Shown: positions 29,904 to 39,619, counted from the stretch's first letter. The stretch is DNA of 64,000 bases from an uncultured Clostridium sp. (GCA_900553405.1 USDF01000001.1:2567-66566), one strand, 5' to 3'. A program made the numbers and translations. The notes: generated by a model not told the origin, from the letters alone.

Positions 29904-31938
29904 GTTATCATTAAAAAATATTAGTAAGAGTATAAAGGATTATGCCATCTATTTCTTTACTCTGATACTAGGTGTTGCAATTTTTTATGTGTTCAATGCA
30001 ATAGATGATCAGTCAGTTATGATGAAGGTATCATCAACAACAGCAGAAATAATAAAACTTATGACCAATGTTCTTTCTGGTGTTAGCGTGTTTGTATCTA
30101 TAATATTAGCGTTTTTAATTGTTTATGCAAGTAGATTCTTAATAAAAAGAAGAAATAAAGAATTTGGAGTTTATTTAACGCTTGGAATGAGCAAAAAGAA
30201 AATATCCTTAATATTATTTATTGAAACATTAATAATAGGTATAGTTTCATTGGTAGTTGGTTTAGGAATAGGTTTTTTATTATCACAATTGATGAGTATT
30301 TTGGTTGCTAATATGTTTGAAGCAGATTTAACTAGATTTCAATTCGTATTTTCACCAAATGCTTGTATTAAAACTTTGATTTATTTTAGTATTATGTATT
30401 TTGTAGTTATGATATTTAATACTATAAATATTAGTAAATGTAAATTGATAGATTTAATGCATTCTAACAAAAAATCTGAAAAAATAAAATTAAAAAATCC
30501 ATTGTTTTGTACAATAGTGTTTATTATTTCTTGTATAGCATTAGGATTTGCTTATTATCAGGTTACTGGTGGTATTGAGAAAATGACTTATGCAAATAGT
30601 ATTTTTGTTCCTATAGGAATAGGTGCTGTTTCAACTTTCTTTGTGTTTTGGTCTTTATCGGGATTGCTTTTAAAAATATTTATAAGTATGAAGAACACTT
30701 ATTATAAAGGGTTAAATAGTTTCACCCTTAGACAGTTTTCAAGTAAAATAAATACTATGACTTTTTCGATGACAATAATATGTTTGATGTTATTTATAAC
30801 GATTTGCGTGTTATCGAGTGCAATGTCTATGAAAATATCTATGACAAATAATTTGAAAAAACTGGCTCCAGCAGATGTTCAAATTGGTAAGTTTATAAAT
30901 GTAACTAATTATGAGTATTATTCTGAAAAACAAATAGAAGATTCAAAAATCTCAATATATGATACACTTGAAAATTTAGGCTATGATGTAGATAACAAAC
31001 TTAAAGATATAGTAAAACTTGATGTTTATAACTTTGATAATATTGACTTAAAAACCAGTATTGGCTCTTACTATGATATTGCAAAGGATGAATATCCTTT
31101 AATGCCATACAATAAGAAGGAAAGTATTGTAAAGATAAGTGATTACAACAAAATTGCAAAATTGTTTGGACTAAAAGAATATACATTAAATGATGATGAA
31201 TATTTTATTGTTGCTAATTATTCAGAATATGTAGAATTCAGGAATGAGGGACTTAAGGTAGATACAATACTTAATATAAATGAAAAGAAATTAAAACCAA
31301 AATATGATAGTTGTGTAGAAGGTTTTATTGCAATGAATTCAACATATTCAAATCTGGGAATTTTTGTTGTTCCTGATAATGCAGTAAATGATTCAATGAA
31401 AAAATATGAATATTTAACTGCTAATTATAATGTTACAGATATAAATGAGAAAAATCTTTCGGAAAAAGAGTTAAGTGAAATTTGCAAAGAAAATTCTAAT
31501 AATACTGTTATTGATTTTGATTCTAAAATGACAATTAAAGAAAATAGTATTGGACTAGGTGCAATGGTTACCTTTATAGGATTATACTTAGGTATTATAT
31601 TCTTAATTTCTTGTGCTGCAATTCTAGCACTTAAAGAATTATCGGAATCAAGTGATAATGTAGAAAAGTTTAATATGCTAAGAAAAATAGGCGTAGATGA
31701 AAAAATGATTAATAAAGCATTGTTTAGACAAATTGGTATATTTTTTATGTTTCCGTTATTAGTTGCAATTATACATTCTATATTTGGAATTAAATTTTGT
31801 AATTATTTGTTAAGTGCCTTTGGAGCCGCTAATTTAGTATCATCAATAATTGGTGTTGCAATATTTATTGTTGCGATTTATGGAGGATACTTCTTAGTAA
31901 CTTATATTTGCAGTAAAAATATAATTAAGGAAAAATAA
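29893..31938 (+). CDS. ABC transporter permease, FtsX family with large extracellular domain (BceB-like, 10 TM)
   Basis: 681 aa. Two FtsX-type 4-TM modules separated by a ~230-aa extracellular domain. Overlaps the ATPase gene. Confidence 0.85.
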   Translation: MLFKLSLKNISKSIKDYAIYFFTLILGVAIFYVFNAIDDQSVMMKVSSTTAEIIKLMTNVLSGVSVFVSIILAFLIVYASRFLIKRRNKEFGVYLTLGMSKKKISLILFIETLIIGIVSLVVGLGIGFLLSQLMSILVANMFEADLTRFQFVFSPNACIKTLIYFSIMYFVVMIFNTINISKCKLIDLMHSNKKSEKIKLKNPLFCTIVFIISCIALGFAYYQVTGGIEKMTYANSIFVPIGIGAVSTFFVFWSLSGLLLKIFISMKNTYYKGLNSFTLRQFSSKINTMTFSMTIICLMLFITICVLSSAMSMKISMTNNLKKLAPADVQIGKFINVTNYEYYSEKQIEDSKISIYDTLENLGYDVDNKLKDIVKLDVYNFDNIDLKTSIGSYYDIAKDEYPLMPYNKKESIVKISDYNKIAKLFGLKEYTLNDDEYFIVANYSEYVEFRNEGLKVDTILNINEKKLKPKYDSCVEGFIAMNSTYSNLGIFVVPDNAVNDSMKKYEYLTANYNVTDINEKNLSEKELSEICKENSNNTVIDFDSKMTIKENSIGLGAMVTFIGLYLGIIFLISCAAILALKELSESSDNVEKFNMLRKIGVDEKMINKALFRQIGIFFMFPLLVAIIHSIFGIKFCNYLLSAFGAANLVSSIIGVAIFIVAIYGGYFLVTYICSKNIIKEK

Positions 31939-32250
31939 TATATCTGATAAAACGATATCTCAGTAGTTTAACTAATCTTAATATATAGTATATAATTATG
32001 AACAGAAAAAAACACAAATGTATGATTTTCCAATTCGCACAATTTATTGAACTTTGAAATATGGTATAATGATGGCAGTGAACGGATGTGGACGGTGTCC
32101 ACAATTTGTCCACAGTAGAGAAATATTTATAATATAAATAGTACAGATAATACAAATAATATAGATGTTACCTAGTCTGGAAAAGCCTGAAATACAGGTA
32201 ATATTATAAATACAAATAATACAGATAATATGGGAGTACAAAGTTCTTGT

Positions 32251-32286
32251 GGTTCAGGAAAAAAATATAAAAACTGCTGTGGTAAA
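32251..32286 (+). repeat. attR core: second copy of the 36-bp secA 3'-end repeat; continues into native secA tail (...[16 protein letters not shown])
   Basis: Identical to 25711-25746. Downstream sequence encodes the native SecA CCGK terminus and stop at 32296. Confidence 0.85.
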
Positions 32287-32382
32287 AATCAGTAATATCA
32301 ACCTATCTTGTAACAAAAAAAGATACTTAAAGCAACAGAAAATAAAGATTAAGATAGTTAAATTTTATCTAAAAAGGAAGGA

Positions 32383-32411
32383 AACCAGAGATTGTTAATC
32401 TCTGGTTTTTT
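32383..32411 (+). terminator. rho-independent terminator (native secA terminator)
   Basis: aaccagagattgttaatctctggtt + TTTTT. Confidence 0.85.
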
Positions 32412-32460
32412 GCCCCTATGTTAGCTCTCTTTATTATTGTAGAAAAAGTGTCAAAAATGA

Positions 32461-32489
32461 TTGACAAATGTTACAAAACCCATTATAAT
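32461..32489 (+). promoter_or_regulatory. consensus sigma-A promoter TTGACA-17-TATAAT
   Basis: TTGACA 32461-66, TATAAT 32484-89. Confidence 0.6.
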
Positions 32490-32555
32490 ACTTATGTTAA
32501 CTGTAAAAAATGCCCATGAAAAATAATAGGCACCACAAACGAAAGGAGAATTTTA

Positions 32556-32931
32556 TGCCAGAAGATTTTAGACATGAGCAAATTAAAGAATTAATACAAA
32601 ATAGTAATTCTTACTGCTTTAGTAGATAACTTAGCGGAAGGAAAAGAACAGGCTTTAAAAGTAATAAAAGCTTGGAAACCATTTCCGGATATACTGTTTT
32701 ATTGCAAAATTGATGCAGTAACAGCATATGAAAGAAATAAGCTGAGAGCAAATCATGATGAATTTGAAGATTTAGAATCATTAAAGTATTATGAAGAAAA
32801 ATACGAAGAAGCAGTTAAATTTTTGAGAGAAAACACTAACCTGAGAATTGTTGAACTGGATACTTCAGATTCGATGCAGGAAAGTGTAAACAAAGTAAAG
32901 GAGACAGTAGAACATGAAGGACTTAATTAAA
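32556..32931 (+). pseudogene. nucleoside/nucleotide kinase-like gene remnant (no P-loop; two frames)
   Basis: A 24-aa ORF, then in the +1 frame ...LAEGKEQALKVIKAWKPFPDILFYCKIDAVTAYERNKLRANHDEF..., which resembles the C-terminal lid region of dNK/dTMP-kinase-like P-loop kinases. No Walker A anywhere. Confidence 0.45.
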
Positions 32932-33729
32932 AAATATCAGTATTTAAAGGAAATTGACTTCTCAAAATTAGAAGTCATTGCAGATGGAAAATCTAAAACA
33001 ATATATGCTTTGGATGATGAAACTGCAATTATGTTTTACAAGCCACATCTTAGAAGTGTAACCAATAAACGTGAAGGTGTTATCGAAGGCACAGATGTGT
33101 ACCGGATGTATGCAACAATGTTTTTCTTAAATCTTATGGAGGAAAATAATATTCCAACAGAAAGAGTTGTAGACAGAATCTTCAACATCAATGGAAAATT
33201 GGCAATTTTAATAAAACGTTGCCAACCAATTCCACTTGAATGGACTAGAAGATATTATGCGGCAGGCTCAATTGTGAGACTTTTCCCGATTTTCGTTAAA
33301 GATGGACAGAAATTTGATCCACCACTTAATAAGTATGACGCAAAAATTGATGTCAGCTTAACAGGTGGAATTGATGATCCGACAATGAACGAAAGCTATA
33401 TTACAGGACTTCATCTTATGACTAAGGAACAATTTGATGAAGCAGACAAGATGCTTTCAAAAATCGGAGATATTTTAAGAACTGTCTACGAAGATGCCGG
33501 AATCAAGCTGGTTGACTTGAAAATGGAGTTTGGAATTCTGAATGAGAGAATCATATTAATAGACGAACTCAGTCAGGACTGTATGAGAGCAAATGATATG
33601 GTAACGGGAGAAACTCTTACTAAAGATGCTTACAGGCAGTGGAAAACTCCAGAAGAAGTATTATCAACTTATGAAACATTCTTAAAAAGAATGTGCCCAA
33701 AATACAAAGATTTAGTGGTAACCTTATAA
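32914..33729 (+). CDS. SAICAR synthetase family paralog (PurC-like, divergent)
   Basis: DPTMNESYITGLHLMTKEQFDEA...AGIKLVDLKMEFGILNERIILIDELSQDCMRAND aligns with E. coli PurC (DPMVNESY...GLILVDFKLEFGL...LGDEFSPDGSRLWD). The region has higher GC than its surroundings. Confidence 0.75.
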   Translation: MKDLIKKYQYLKEIDFSKLEVIADGKSKTIYALDDETAIMFYKPHLRSVTNKREGVIEGTDVYRMYATMFFLNLMEENNIPTERVVDRIFNINGKLAILIKRCQPIPLEWTRRYYAAGSIVRLFPIFVKDGQKFDPPLNKYDAKIDVSLTGGIDDPTMNESYITGLHLMTKEQFDEADKMLSKIGDILRTVYEDAGIKLVDLKMEFGILNERIILIDELSQDCMRANDMVTGETLTKDAYRQWKTPEEVLSTYETFLKRMCPKYKDLVVTL

Positions 33730-33775
33730 CGAAATATTTTAATAAAAATCAAAGTTTCATAGAAAGGACAAAATC

Positions 33776-35071
33776 ATGAAAGTAGACGTTATTGTAGGTG
33801 GTTTATATGGAGATGAAGAAAAGGGCAAGATTGTGAGCTACTTGGGAAATGAAAACAATTATGATTATGTTTTCCGGGTTAATGCTTCAACGAATGCAAG
33901 TCATTGTGTGCAGTTAGAAGGAAGTGATGACATCATTGTTACAAAGCAGCTTCCATCAGTTTTCTTTAATGATGATGTGAAGTTTGTTGTAGGACCGGGC
34001 GCAGTTCTAAACTTGAAAGCCTTAAAGGAAGAAGTTTATTCAAGGCCGGATGATTTAATGAATAAGGTAAGCATTGCATCAACAATTTGCTTATTAATTG
34101 AGCCGTATATCGAAAAAACGGTAGGTTCTACAATTTCAAAATCGTTAGGAAGCACCAATCAGGGAACTGGAGTTGCAGTAGTTGCGCGGACAAGAAGACA
34201 TTGTCTGAGGTTGTATGATGTTGCAAATTGCGTAAATGGAAAATTAACAGTTGAAGAATTAGTAGAAAAGATTATTTTTACTTCTAATGAAACTGATTTT
34301 GTATATTTTTCAAAGAAAGAAAAAGCCTATTTTTCTAAAATTGCTGAGGATTTAATTAATGAATACAAGGCAATTGTTGAGAAAATTGGAGAATTTTCTC
34401 TTGAATACACGCAGTTCTTAAACGCTATTCCGGAAGACAGCAAAATCTTGATTGAAGGCTGTAATGGGATTATGTTAGACAATCTTCATGGATTAAATCC
34501 ATACACAACAAGCGCATCAACAGCAGTAAATGCATTAATGAATGGAGCAAACATTTCTCCATACCATTTGAATGATACATATATCATTTGTACAGGTTAC
34601 TTTTGCTGCCTCAATAAAAGACCATTTTTAACAGAGATGGAAGAGGAAGATGCAGAGAAAATCTATATTAACAATGATGAAGTAGATAATGCAGAAGGTA
34701 TGAAGAGAAGAATTGGGTGGTTTGATTTACCAACATTAAAAAAAGCACTTACAGGGCATGAAGGTGCAAAGCTGGTCATCAACAAGCTTGATATTATGAA
34801 AGACTTGGAAAAAGTAAAGATTTGCACAGAATACCGCCTTTCAGATGGAAGAACGGTAGAATATATGCCGGACAACTTAATGGAATTACAAGGAGCAGTA
34901 CCAGTCTACCGTGAATTTGATGGCTGGGGAGATATCTCTCAAGCAACTTGCAAGGACGAATTACCAGAAGCCTTATTGGAATTTTTATCATATGTGGAAA
35001 AAGAAACACATTTTAAAATTGCTTTTGTAGGAAATGGTAGAGGACAGAATTCACTCATAAAGATGTTATAA
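33776..35071 (+). CDS. adenylosuccinate synthetase family paralog (PurA-like, divergent active-site motifs)
   Basis: GDEEKGKIV (PurA GDEGKGKIV); KLDIMKDLEKVKICTEYRLSDGRTVEY (PurA [25 protein letters not shown]); MKRRIGWFD (PurA TGRRRRTGWLD). The GGHNAGH and GTTGRGIGP motifs are replaced by NASTNASH and GSTNQGTGV. Confidence 0.75.
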   Translation: MKVDVIVGGLYGDEEKGKIVSYLGNENNYDYVFRVNASTNASHCVQLEGSDDIIVTKQLPSVFFNDDVKFVVGPGAVLNLKALKEEVYSRPDDLMNKVSIASTICLLIEPYIEKTVGSTISKSLGSTNQGTGVAVVARTRRHCLRLYDVANCVNGKLTVEELVEKIIFTSNETDFVYFSKKEKAYFSKIAEDLINEYKAIVEKIGEFSLEYTQFLNAIPEDSKILIEGCNGIMLDNLHGLNPYTTSASTAVNALMNGANISPYHLNDTYIICTGYFCCLNKRPFLTEMEEEDAEKIYINNDEVDNAEGMKRRIGWFDLPTLKKALTGHEGAKLVINKLDIMKDLEKVKICTEYRLSDGRTVEYMPDNLMELQGAVPVYREFDGWGDISQATCKDELPEALLEFLSYVEKETHFKIAFVGNGRGQNSLIKML

Positions 35072-35082
35072 TAACTATAAAA

Positions 35083-35122
35083 AACAAACAGACTCAAATT
35101 GGGTCTGTTTGTTTTTGTTTTG
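35083..35122 (+). terminator. rho-independent terminator
   Basis: aaacaaacagactcaaattgggtctgtttgttttt. Confidence 0.8.
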
Positions 35123-35193
35123 AAAATTAAGATTGTCTATTTTTTCATATTTCTTCTTTATAAAAATTTCTAAATAATTTTTTATAAAATCAC

Positions 35194-35260
35194 TTGACAA
35201 TTGAATATACATTCAACTATAATAAATTTACAGTTGAGTATCAATTCAATTATTGTTGAA
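35194..35260 (+). promoter_or_regulatory. cad operon promoter with ArsR/CadC-type palindromic operators
   Basis: TTGACA (35194-99), spacer containing the palindrome TTGAATATACATTCAA, then TATAAT (35218-23). A second inverted repeat attcaa-ttattg-ttgaat lies downstream. Confidence 0.6.
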
Positions 35261-35297
35261 TATAATATAAAAAATACAAAAGAAAGAAGGGAAAAAC

Positions 35298-35657
35298 ATG
35301 TCAAAAAATGAGTTCATATGTGATTGTAATGTTATTCATCAAGATGTAGTTGCAAGCACAAAAGAAAAGATGACAGATGAATATTTATTTAGTAAACTTG
35401 CAGAATTTTTTAAAATACTAGGAGATATAACAAGAGCTAAAATATTATTTGCATTAGATCAAAATGAAATGTGTGTATGTGATATAGCAAACGTGCTTGG
35501 AATGACCAAATCATCAATATCACATCAGCTTGGAACATTAAGAAGATCTGGAATAGTAAAATGTAGAAAACAAGGAAAAGAAGTATATTATATGTTAGAT
35601 GATGAACATGTAAGTAGATTATTCGAGTTAGGAATAGAGCATATAGAACATAAATAA
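35298..35657 (+). CDS. cadC: ArsR/SmtB family metal-sensing repressor (CadC-like)
   Basis: HTH region plus metal-binding Cys (CDC N-terminal; MCVCDIA alpha-3 site). Confidence 0.8.
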   Translation: MSKNEFICDCNVIHQDVVASTKEKMTDEYLFSKLAEFFKILGDITRAKILFALDQNEMCVCDIANVLGMTKSSISHQLGTLRRSGIVKCRKQGKEVYYMLDDEHVSRLFELGIEHIEHK

Positions 35658-35723
35658 AAGCTATTTATGAGTTAAAAAGTAGTCAGTAAGTTTAAAAGTA
35701 AAAAATGAAAGGAAGGATTTATT

Positions 35724-35945
35724 ATGAAAAAAGTATTAAAATTAGAAGGATTAGATTGCGCAAATTGTGCAGCAGAATTAGAAAATAGAATAAACAAAGT
35801 AGAAGGAGTAGAAAACGTATCTGTTAGTTTCATGACACAAAGATTAACTTTTGAATGTAATGAAGAAATATTAGAAGAAAAATTAAAAGAAATTAAGAAA
35901 ATAATAAAGAAAGAAGAACCAGACGTTGAAGTTGAAGAAATCTAA
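35724..35945 (+). CDS. heavy-metal-associated (HMA) domain metallochaperone
   Basis: GLDCANCAAELE = MxCxxC-type HMA motif. 73 aa. Confidence 0.75.
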   Translation: MKKVLKLEGLDCANCAAELENRINKVEGVENVSVSFMTQRLTFECNEEILEEKLKEIKKIIKKEEPDVEVEEI

Positions 35946-36052
35946 CTGAAATAAATGTTATTAGATATTTGTTTAACAAATGATTAAAATTCAAAAAGAA
36001 AGAGTGTGTATTTTTAATTTATATAATACACATTAAATGAGGAATTTATAGA

Positions 36053-37891
36053 ATGAAAAAAAGAGCAAGAAAAATTATAATAGCATTAGTTTTGTTTGCA
36101 ATTGCATTATTAATACCATTTTCATATGAATGGATAAATAATGTGATATTTATTGCAAGTTATTTAATAGTTGGTTTAGAAATAGTATTAAAAGCAATAA
36201 GAAATATAACAAGAGGAAAAGTATTTGATGAAAATTTTCTTATGGCAATAGCAACTATAGGAGCATTTGCAGTAGGCGAATTTCCAGAAGCAGCAACAGT
36301 TATGATACTTTATCAAATAGGCGAATTGTTCCAAAGTTATGCAGTAGATAAATCAAGAAAATCTATATCAAGTTTAATGGATATTAGACCAGATTATACA
36401 AATGTAAAAAGAGAAAATGAAGTTTTAAAAGTTTCACCAGAAGAAGTAAAAATAGGAGAACTAATCGTAGTAAAACCAGGAGAAAAAATTCCATTAGATG
36501 GAGTTATCGAAGAAGGAAAATCTATGTTAGATACTTCAAGTTTAACAGGGGAATCTATGCCACAAGACGTAAATATAGGAGACAACGTTTTAAGTGGATG
36601 TATAAATAAAAGTGGATTATTAACAATAAAAGTAACAAAAGAATTTGGAGAGTCTACAGTAAGCAAAATACTAGATTTAGTAGAAAATGCAAGTAGTAAA
36701 AAATCAAAATCTGAAAACTTTATTACTAAATTCGCTAAATATTATACTCCAGCTGTAGTAATAATAGCAGTAATTTTAGCTGTTGTACCACCAATTATTA
36801 TAAAAGATGCCGTATTTACAGATTGGTTATATAGAGCTTTAACATTTTTAGTAGTATCATGCCCATGTGCACTTGTAATATCAATACCACTAGGATTCTT
36901 TGGAGGAATAGGTGGAGCTTCTAAAAAAGGAATATTAGTAAAAGGAAGTAATTACCTAGAAGCTTTAGCACAAACAGAAATAGTTGTATTTGATAAAACA
37001 GGTACACTAACAGAGGGAATTTTTGAAGTACAAAAAATAGAAACAGTAGATATAAAAAAAGAAGAACTTTTAGAATTAGCAGCATATGCAGAAAATCATT
37101 CAAACCATCCAATATCTTTATCTGTAAAAAATGCATATAAAAATAAAATAGATATGAAAAAAATTACAGAAACAGAGGAAATAGCAGGACTAGGAGTTAA
37201 AGCAATAATAGACGGAAAACAAGTGCTAGTTGGAAACGATAAATTAATGGAACAAGCAAAAATTAGTTATGAAAAATCAACAGATATAGGAACTATATTA
37301 TATGTTGCAATAGATAACAAATTTGCAGGATATATCGTAATTGCAGATAAAATAAAGAATGATTCTAAAAAAACAATAGAAATTTTAAAAGGAAATAACA
37401 TTAAAAAAACAGTTATGCTTACAGGAGACAAAAAACAAGTAGGCGAGCATGTAGCTGATATTTTAGGATTAGACGAAGTTTATACAGAACTACTACCAGA
37501 CGGAAAAGTAAAAAAAGTAGAAGAATTATTAAAACAAAAAAGCGAAAAAGGAAAACTTGTATTTGTTGGTGATGGAATAAATGATGCACCAGTATTAGCT
37601 CTAGCAGATATAGGAATTGCAATGGGGGGACTTGGTTCAGATGCTGCAATAGAGGCTGCAGATGTTGTAATAATGACAGACGAACCATCTAAAATAGGAA
37701 ATGCAATACAAATTTCTAAAAAAACAATGAGAATAGTTCGTGAAAATATAATTTTTTCATTAGTAGTTAAAATAGCCGTATTAATTTTAAGTGCATGTGG
37801 ATTATCTACAATGTGGGAAGCAGTATTCGCAGATGTAGGAGTATCTATTATAGCAATATTAAATTCATTAAGAGTATTAAGAAATAAATAA
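36053..37891 (+). CDS. cadA: P1B-type heavy-metal (Cd/Zn) translocating ATPase
   Basis: CPC motif (VSCPCALVIS), DKTGTLT phosphorylation site, GDGINDAP hinge. Confidence 0.9.
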   Translation: MKKRARKIIIALVLFAIALLIPFSYEWINNVIFIASYLIVGLEIVLKAIRNITRGKVFDENFLMAIATIGAFAVGEFPEAATVMILYQIGELFQSYAVDKSRKSISSLMDIRPDYTNVKRENEVLKVSPEEVKIGELIVVKPGEKIPLDGVIEEGKSMLDTSSLTGESMPQDVNIGDNVLSGCINKSGLLTIKVTKEFGESTVSKILDLVENASSKKSKSENFITKFAKYYTPAVVIIAVILAVVPPIIIKDAVFTDWLYRALTFLVVSCPCALVISIPLGFFGGIGGASKKGILVKGSNYLEALAQTEIVVFDKTGTLTEGIFEVQKIETVDIKKEELLELAAYAENHSNHPISLSVKNAYKNKIDMKKITETEEIAGLGVKAIIDGKQVLVGNDKLMEQAKISYEKSTDIGTILYVAIDNKFAGYIVIADKIKNDSKKTIEILKGNNIKKTVMLTGDKKQVGEHVADILGLDEVYTELLPDGKVKKVEELLKQKSEKGKLVFVGDGINDAPVLALADIGIAMGGLGSDAAIEAADVVIMTDEPSKIGNAIQISKKTMRIVRENIIFSLVVKIAVLILSACGLSTMWEAVFADVGVSIIAILNSLRVLRNK

Positions 37892-37932
37892 AGGACATTT
37901 GGGAACGGGTCACTTTTGTCCTATACATAAAA
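37892..37932 (+). repeat. copy C of dispersed 3'-intergenic hairpin repeat
   Basis: aggacatttgggaacgggtcacttttgtcctatacataaaa, immediately after the cadA stop. Confidence 0.7.
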
Positions 37933-38052
37933 TAGACGAATATAACTTCGCCTATTTTAGTGTTTATTGTAAACTATTAGAGATGGACCATTTTAGTTTA
38001 GTAAATTTATTATATTTTGCCCTCAAAACTAAAACGCCCCGTCACTAATAGT

Positions 38053-38658
38053 TTAGTTTAATAAATTTGCAATTAAGTCAATTACTGTGTTAGTCATTAC
38101 CGTATAGTCTAGTTCACTGTGTTTATGATATACAATTTCATGGCATAAGTCATCAATCAAATTAATTGCAATGTGAACTTTTTCATACAAGTTAGCTGTA
38201 TCAAATCCACTATTTGCTAGTATATTATAAAGTGTTTTTGTCATATACATTTCATGTTCTTGAAAGAAACTAGCTATTTCTTTATCTGAATGAACCATAG
38301 CTGTAATTTCTTCGTGAGCTGATTGTGAAAGTTTATGATTTTCTACAAATTTATCTATCATTTCTTTTAATATTTCTTTTATATTAGCTTTAGAAACAGT
38401 TTTGCCCTCAGTTATAGTAAGCATAGGGTAGAAAATATCACCTGCGTATCTTTTAATTCCTTCAAGTAATATATCATGTTTATCATTAAAATATTGATAC
38501 ACAATACCAGTAGAAACACCAGCAGCTTTTGCTATTTGTGCTGTGTTTGTATTGTAGTATCCTTTATTACATATAAGCTCAAAACCAGCTTCTATAATTT
38601 TTTCTTTTTTCTCAATAGAACGTTTTTGTATAGGTTCTCTAATATCGTTAGATGTCAT
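38053..38658 (-). CDS. TetR/AcrR family transcriptional regulator
   Basis: N-terminal HTH (YYNTNTAQIAKAAGVSTGIVYQYF). Divergent from the ABC transporter genes. Confidence 0.85.
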   Translation of the reverse strand: MTSNDIREPIQKRSIEKKEKIIEAGFELICNKGYYNTNTAQIAKAAGVSTGIVYQYFNDKHDILLEGIKRYAGDIFYPMLTITEGKTVSKANIKEILKEMIDKFVENHKLSQSAHEEITAMVHSDKEIASFFQEHEMYMTKTLYNILANSGFDTANLYEKVHIAINLIDDLCHEIVYHKHSELDYTVMTNTVIDLIANLLN

Positions 38659-38908
38659 GTTATCAGTCCCTTCTTTAAAAATGATATAGCTAAATTATAA
38701 GTATTAAGCAATATCAGTATATTTAATATACATTAAAAAAGTATGTATAAAACTAAGTTCTCTAAAATTAAATTAACTATATTATAAAGGCAACAAAATA
38801 AAAAGTCAAGAAATATGAAAAATATTTCATATTCTATTGACTTTTGAAATAATAATATTTATAATGTCTAACAGAATATGAAATAAATTTCAAGTTAAGG
38901 AGGAGACT

Positions 38909-39619
38909 ATGGAGAAAATAGTTGAAATAAAAAATGTAAGTAAAATTTACAAAACAGGAGAAAAAGAATTTAAAGCACTAGATAACATTGATTTATCTAT
39001 AAACAAAGGAGAATTTGTTGTAATACTTGGACCATCAGGAGCAGGAAAATCAACATTATTAAATTTAATAGGTGGAATGGATACACCAACAAATGGAAGC
39101 ATAAAAATTGATGGAGAAGATATCTCAAAATATAATGAGAACAAATTGAGCGAGTATAGAGCAGAGAATATCGGATTTATCTTTCAATTTTACAACATAT
39201 TGCCAACACTTACTGTATTGGAAAATGTTGAATTAATTAAAGATGTTGTAAAAAACGGAAACGATAGCAAAGAAGCTATAAAAGCTGTTGGATTAGAAAA
39301 TCACATGAATAAATTTCCAAACCAATTATCTGGAGGTGAACAACAAAGAGTTTCTATAGCAAGAGCTATAGCTAAAAATCCAAAATTACTATTATGCGAT
39401 GAACCAACAGGTGCACTAGATTCAAAAACAGGTGTCGAGGTTTTAAAACTATTACGCAAACAATGTGATGGAAACAATGGAGCAAATACAGTAATTATAG
39501 TAACTCACAATAGCTTATTTGCAGATATTGCAGACACAGTAATAAGAGTAAAAAACGGAAAAATAGAAAGTGTAACTGCAAATGAAAATCCTAAAAAGAT
39601 TGACGAGGTGAAATGGTAA
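38909..39619 (+). CDS. ABC transporter ATP-binding protein (MacB/YknY-like)
   Basis: Walker A GPSGAGKST, signature LSGGEQQRVSIARA, Walker B LLLCDEPTGALD. Confidence 0.9.
   Translation: MEKIVEIKNVSKIYKTGEKEFKALDNIDLSINKGEFVVILGPSGAGKSTLLNLIGGMDTPTNGSIKIDGEDISKYNENKLSEYRAENIGFIFQFYNILPTLTVLENVELIKDVVKNGNDSKEAIKAVGLENHMNKFPNQLSGGEQQRVSIARAIAKNPKLLLCDEPTGALDSKTGVEVLKLLRKQCDGNNGANTVIIVTHNSLFADIADTVIRVKNGKIESVTANENPKKIDEVKW

Larger units (their letters stand above)
25747..32250 (+). mobile_element. integrated element (~6.5 kb) in the 3' end of secA carrying a truncated integrase, a monofunctional transglycosylase and a BceRS-BceAB-like module
   Basis: Flanked by perfect 36-bp direct repeats of the secA 3' end. 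Clusters of TTGTCCAC/GTGGACA arm-type repeats sit at both ends (25790-25925; 32081-32112). A tyrosine-integrase N-terminal fragment lies at the left end. Confidence 0.75.

Noticed and set aside
32044-32241. Two small minus-strand ORFs at the right end of the integrated element
   Set aside because: They overlap the TTGTCCAC arm-repeat and attR region; low-complexity Ile/Cys/Tyr translation; more likely non-coding recombination sites.
38476-38700. 74-aa plus-strand ORF
   Set aside because: Antisense inside the TetR gene.
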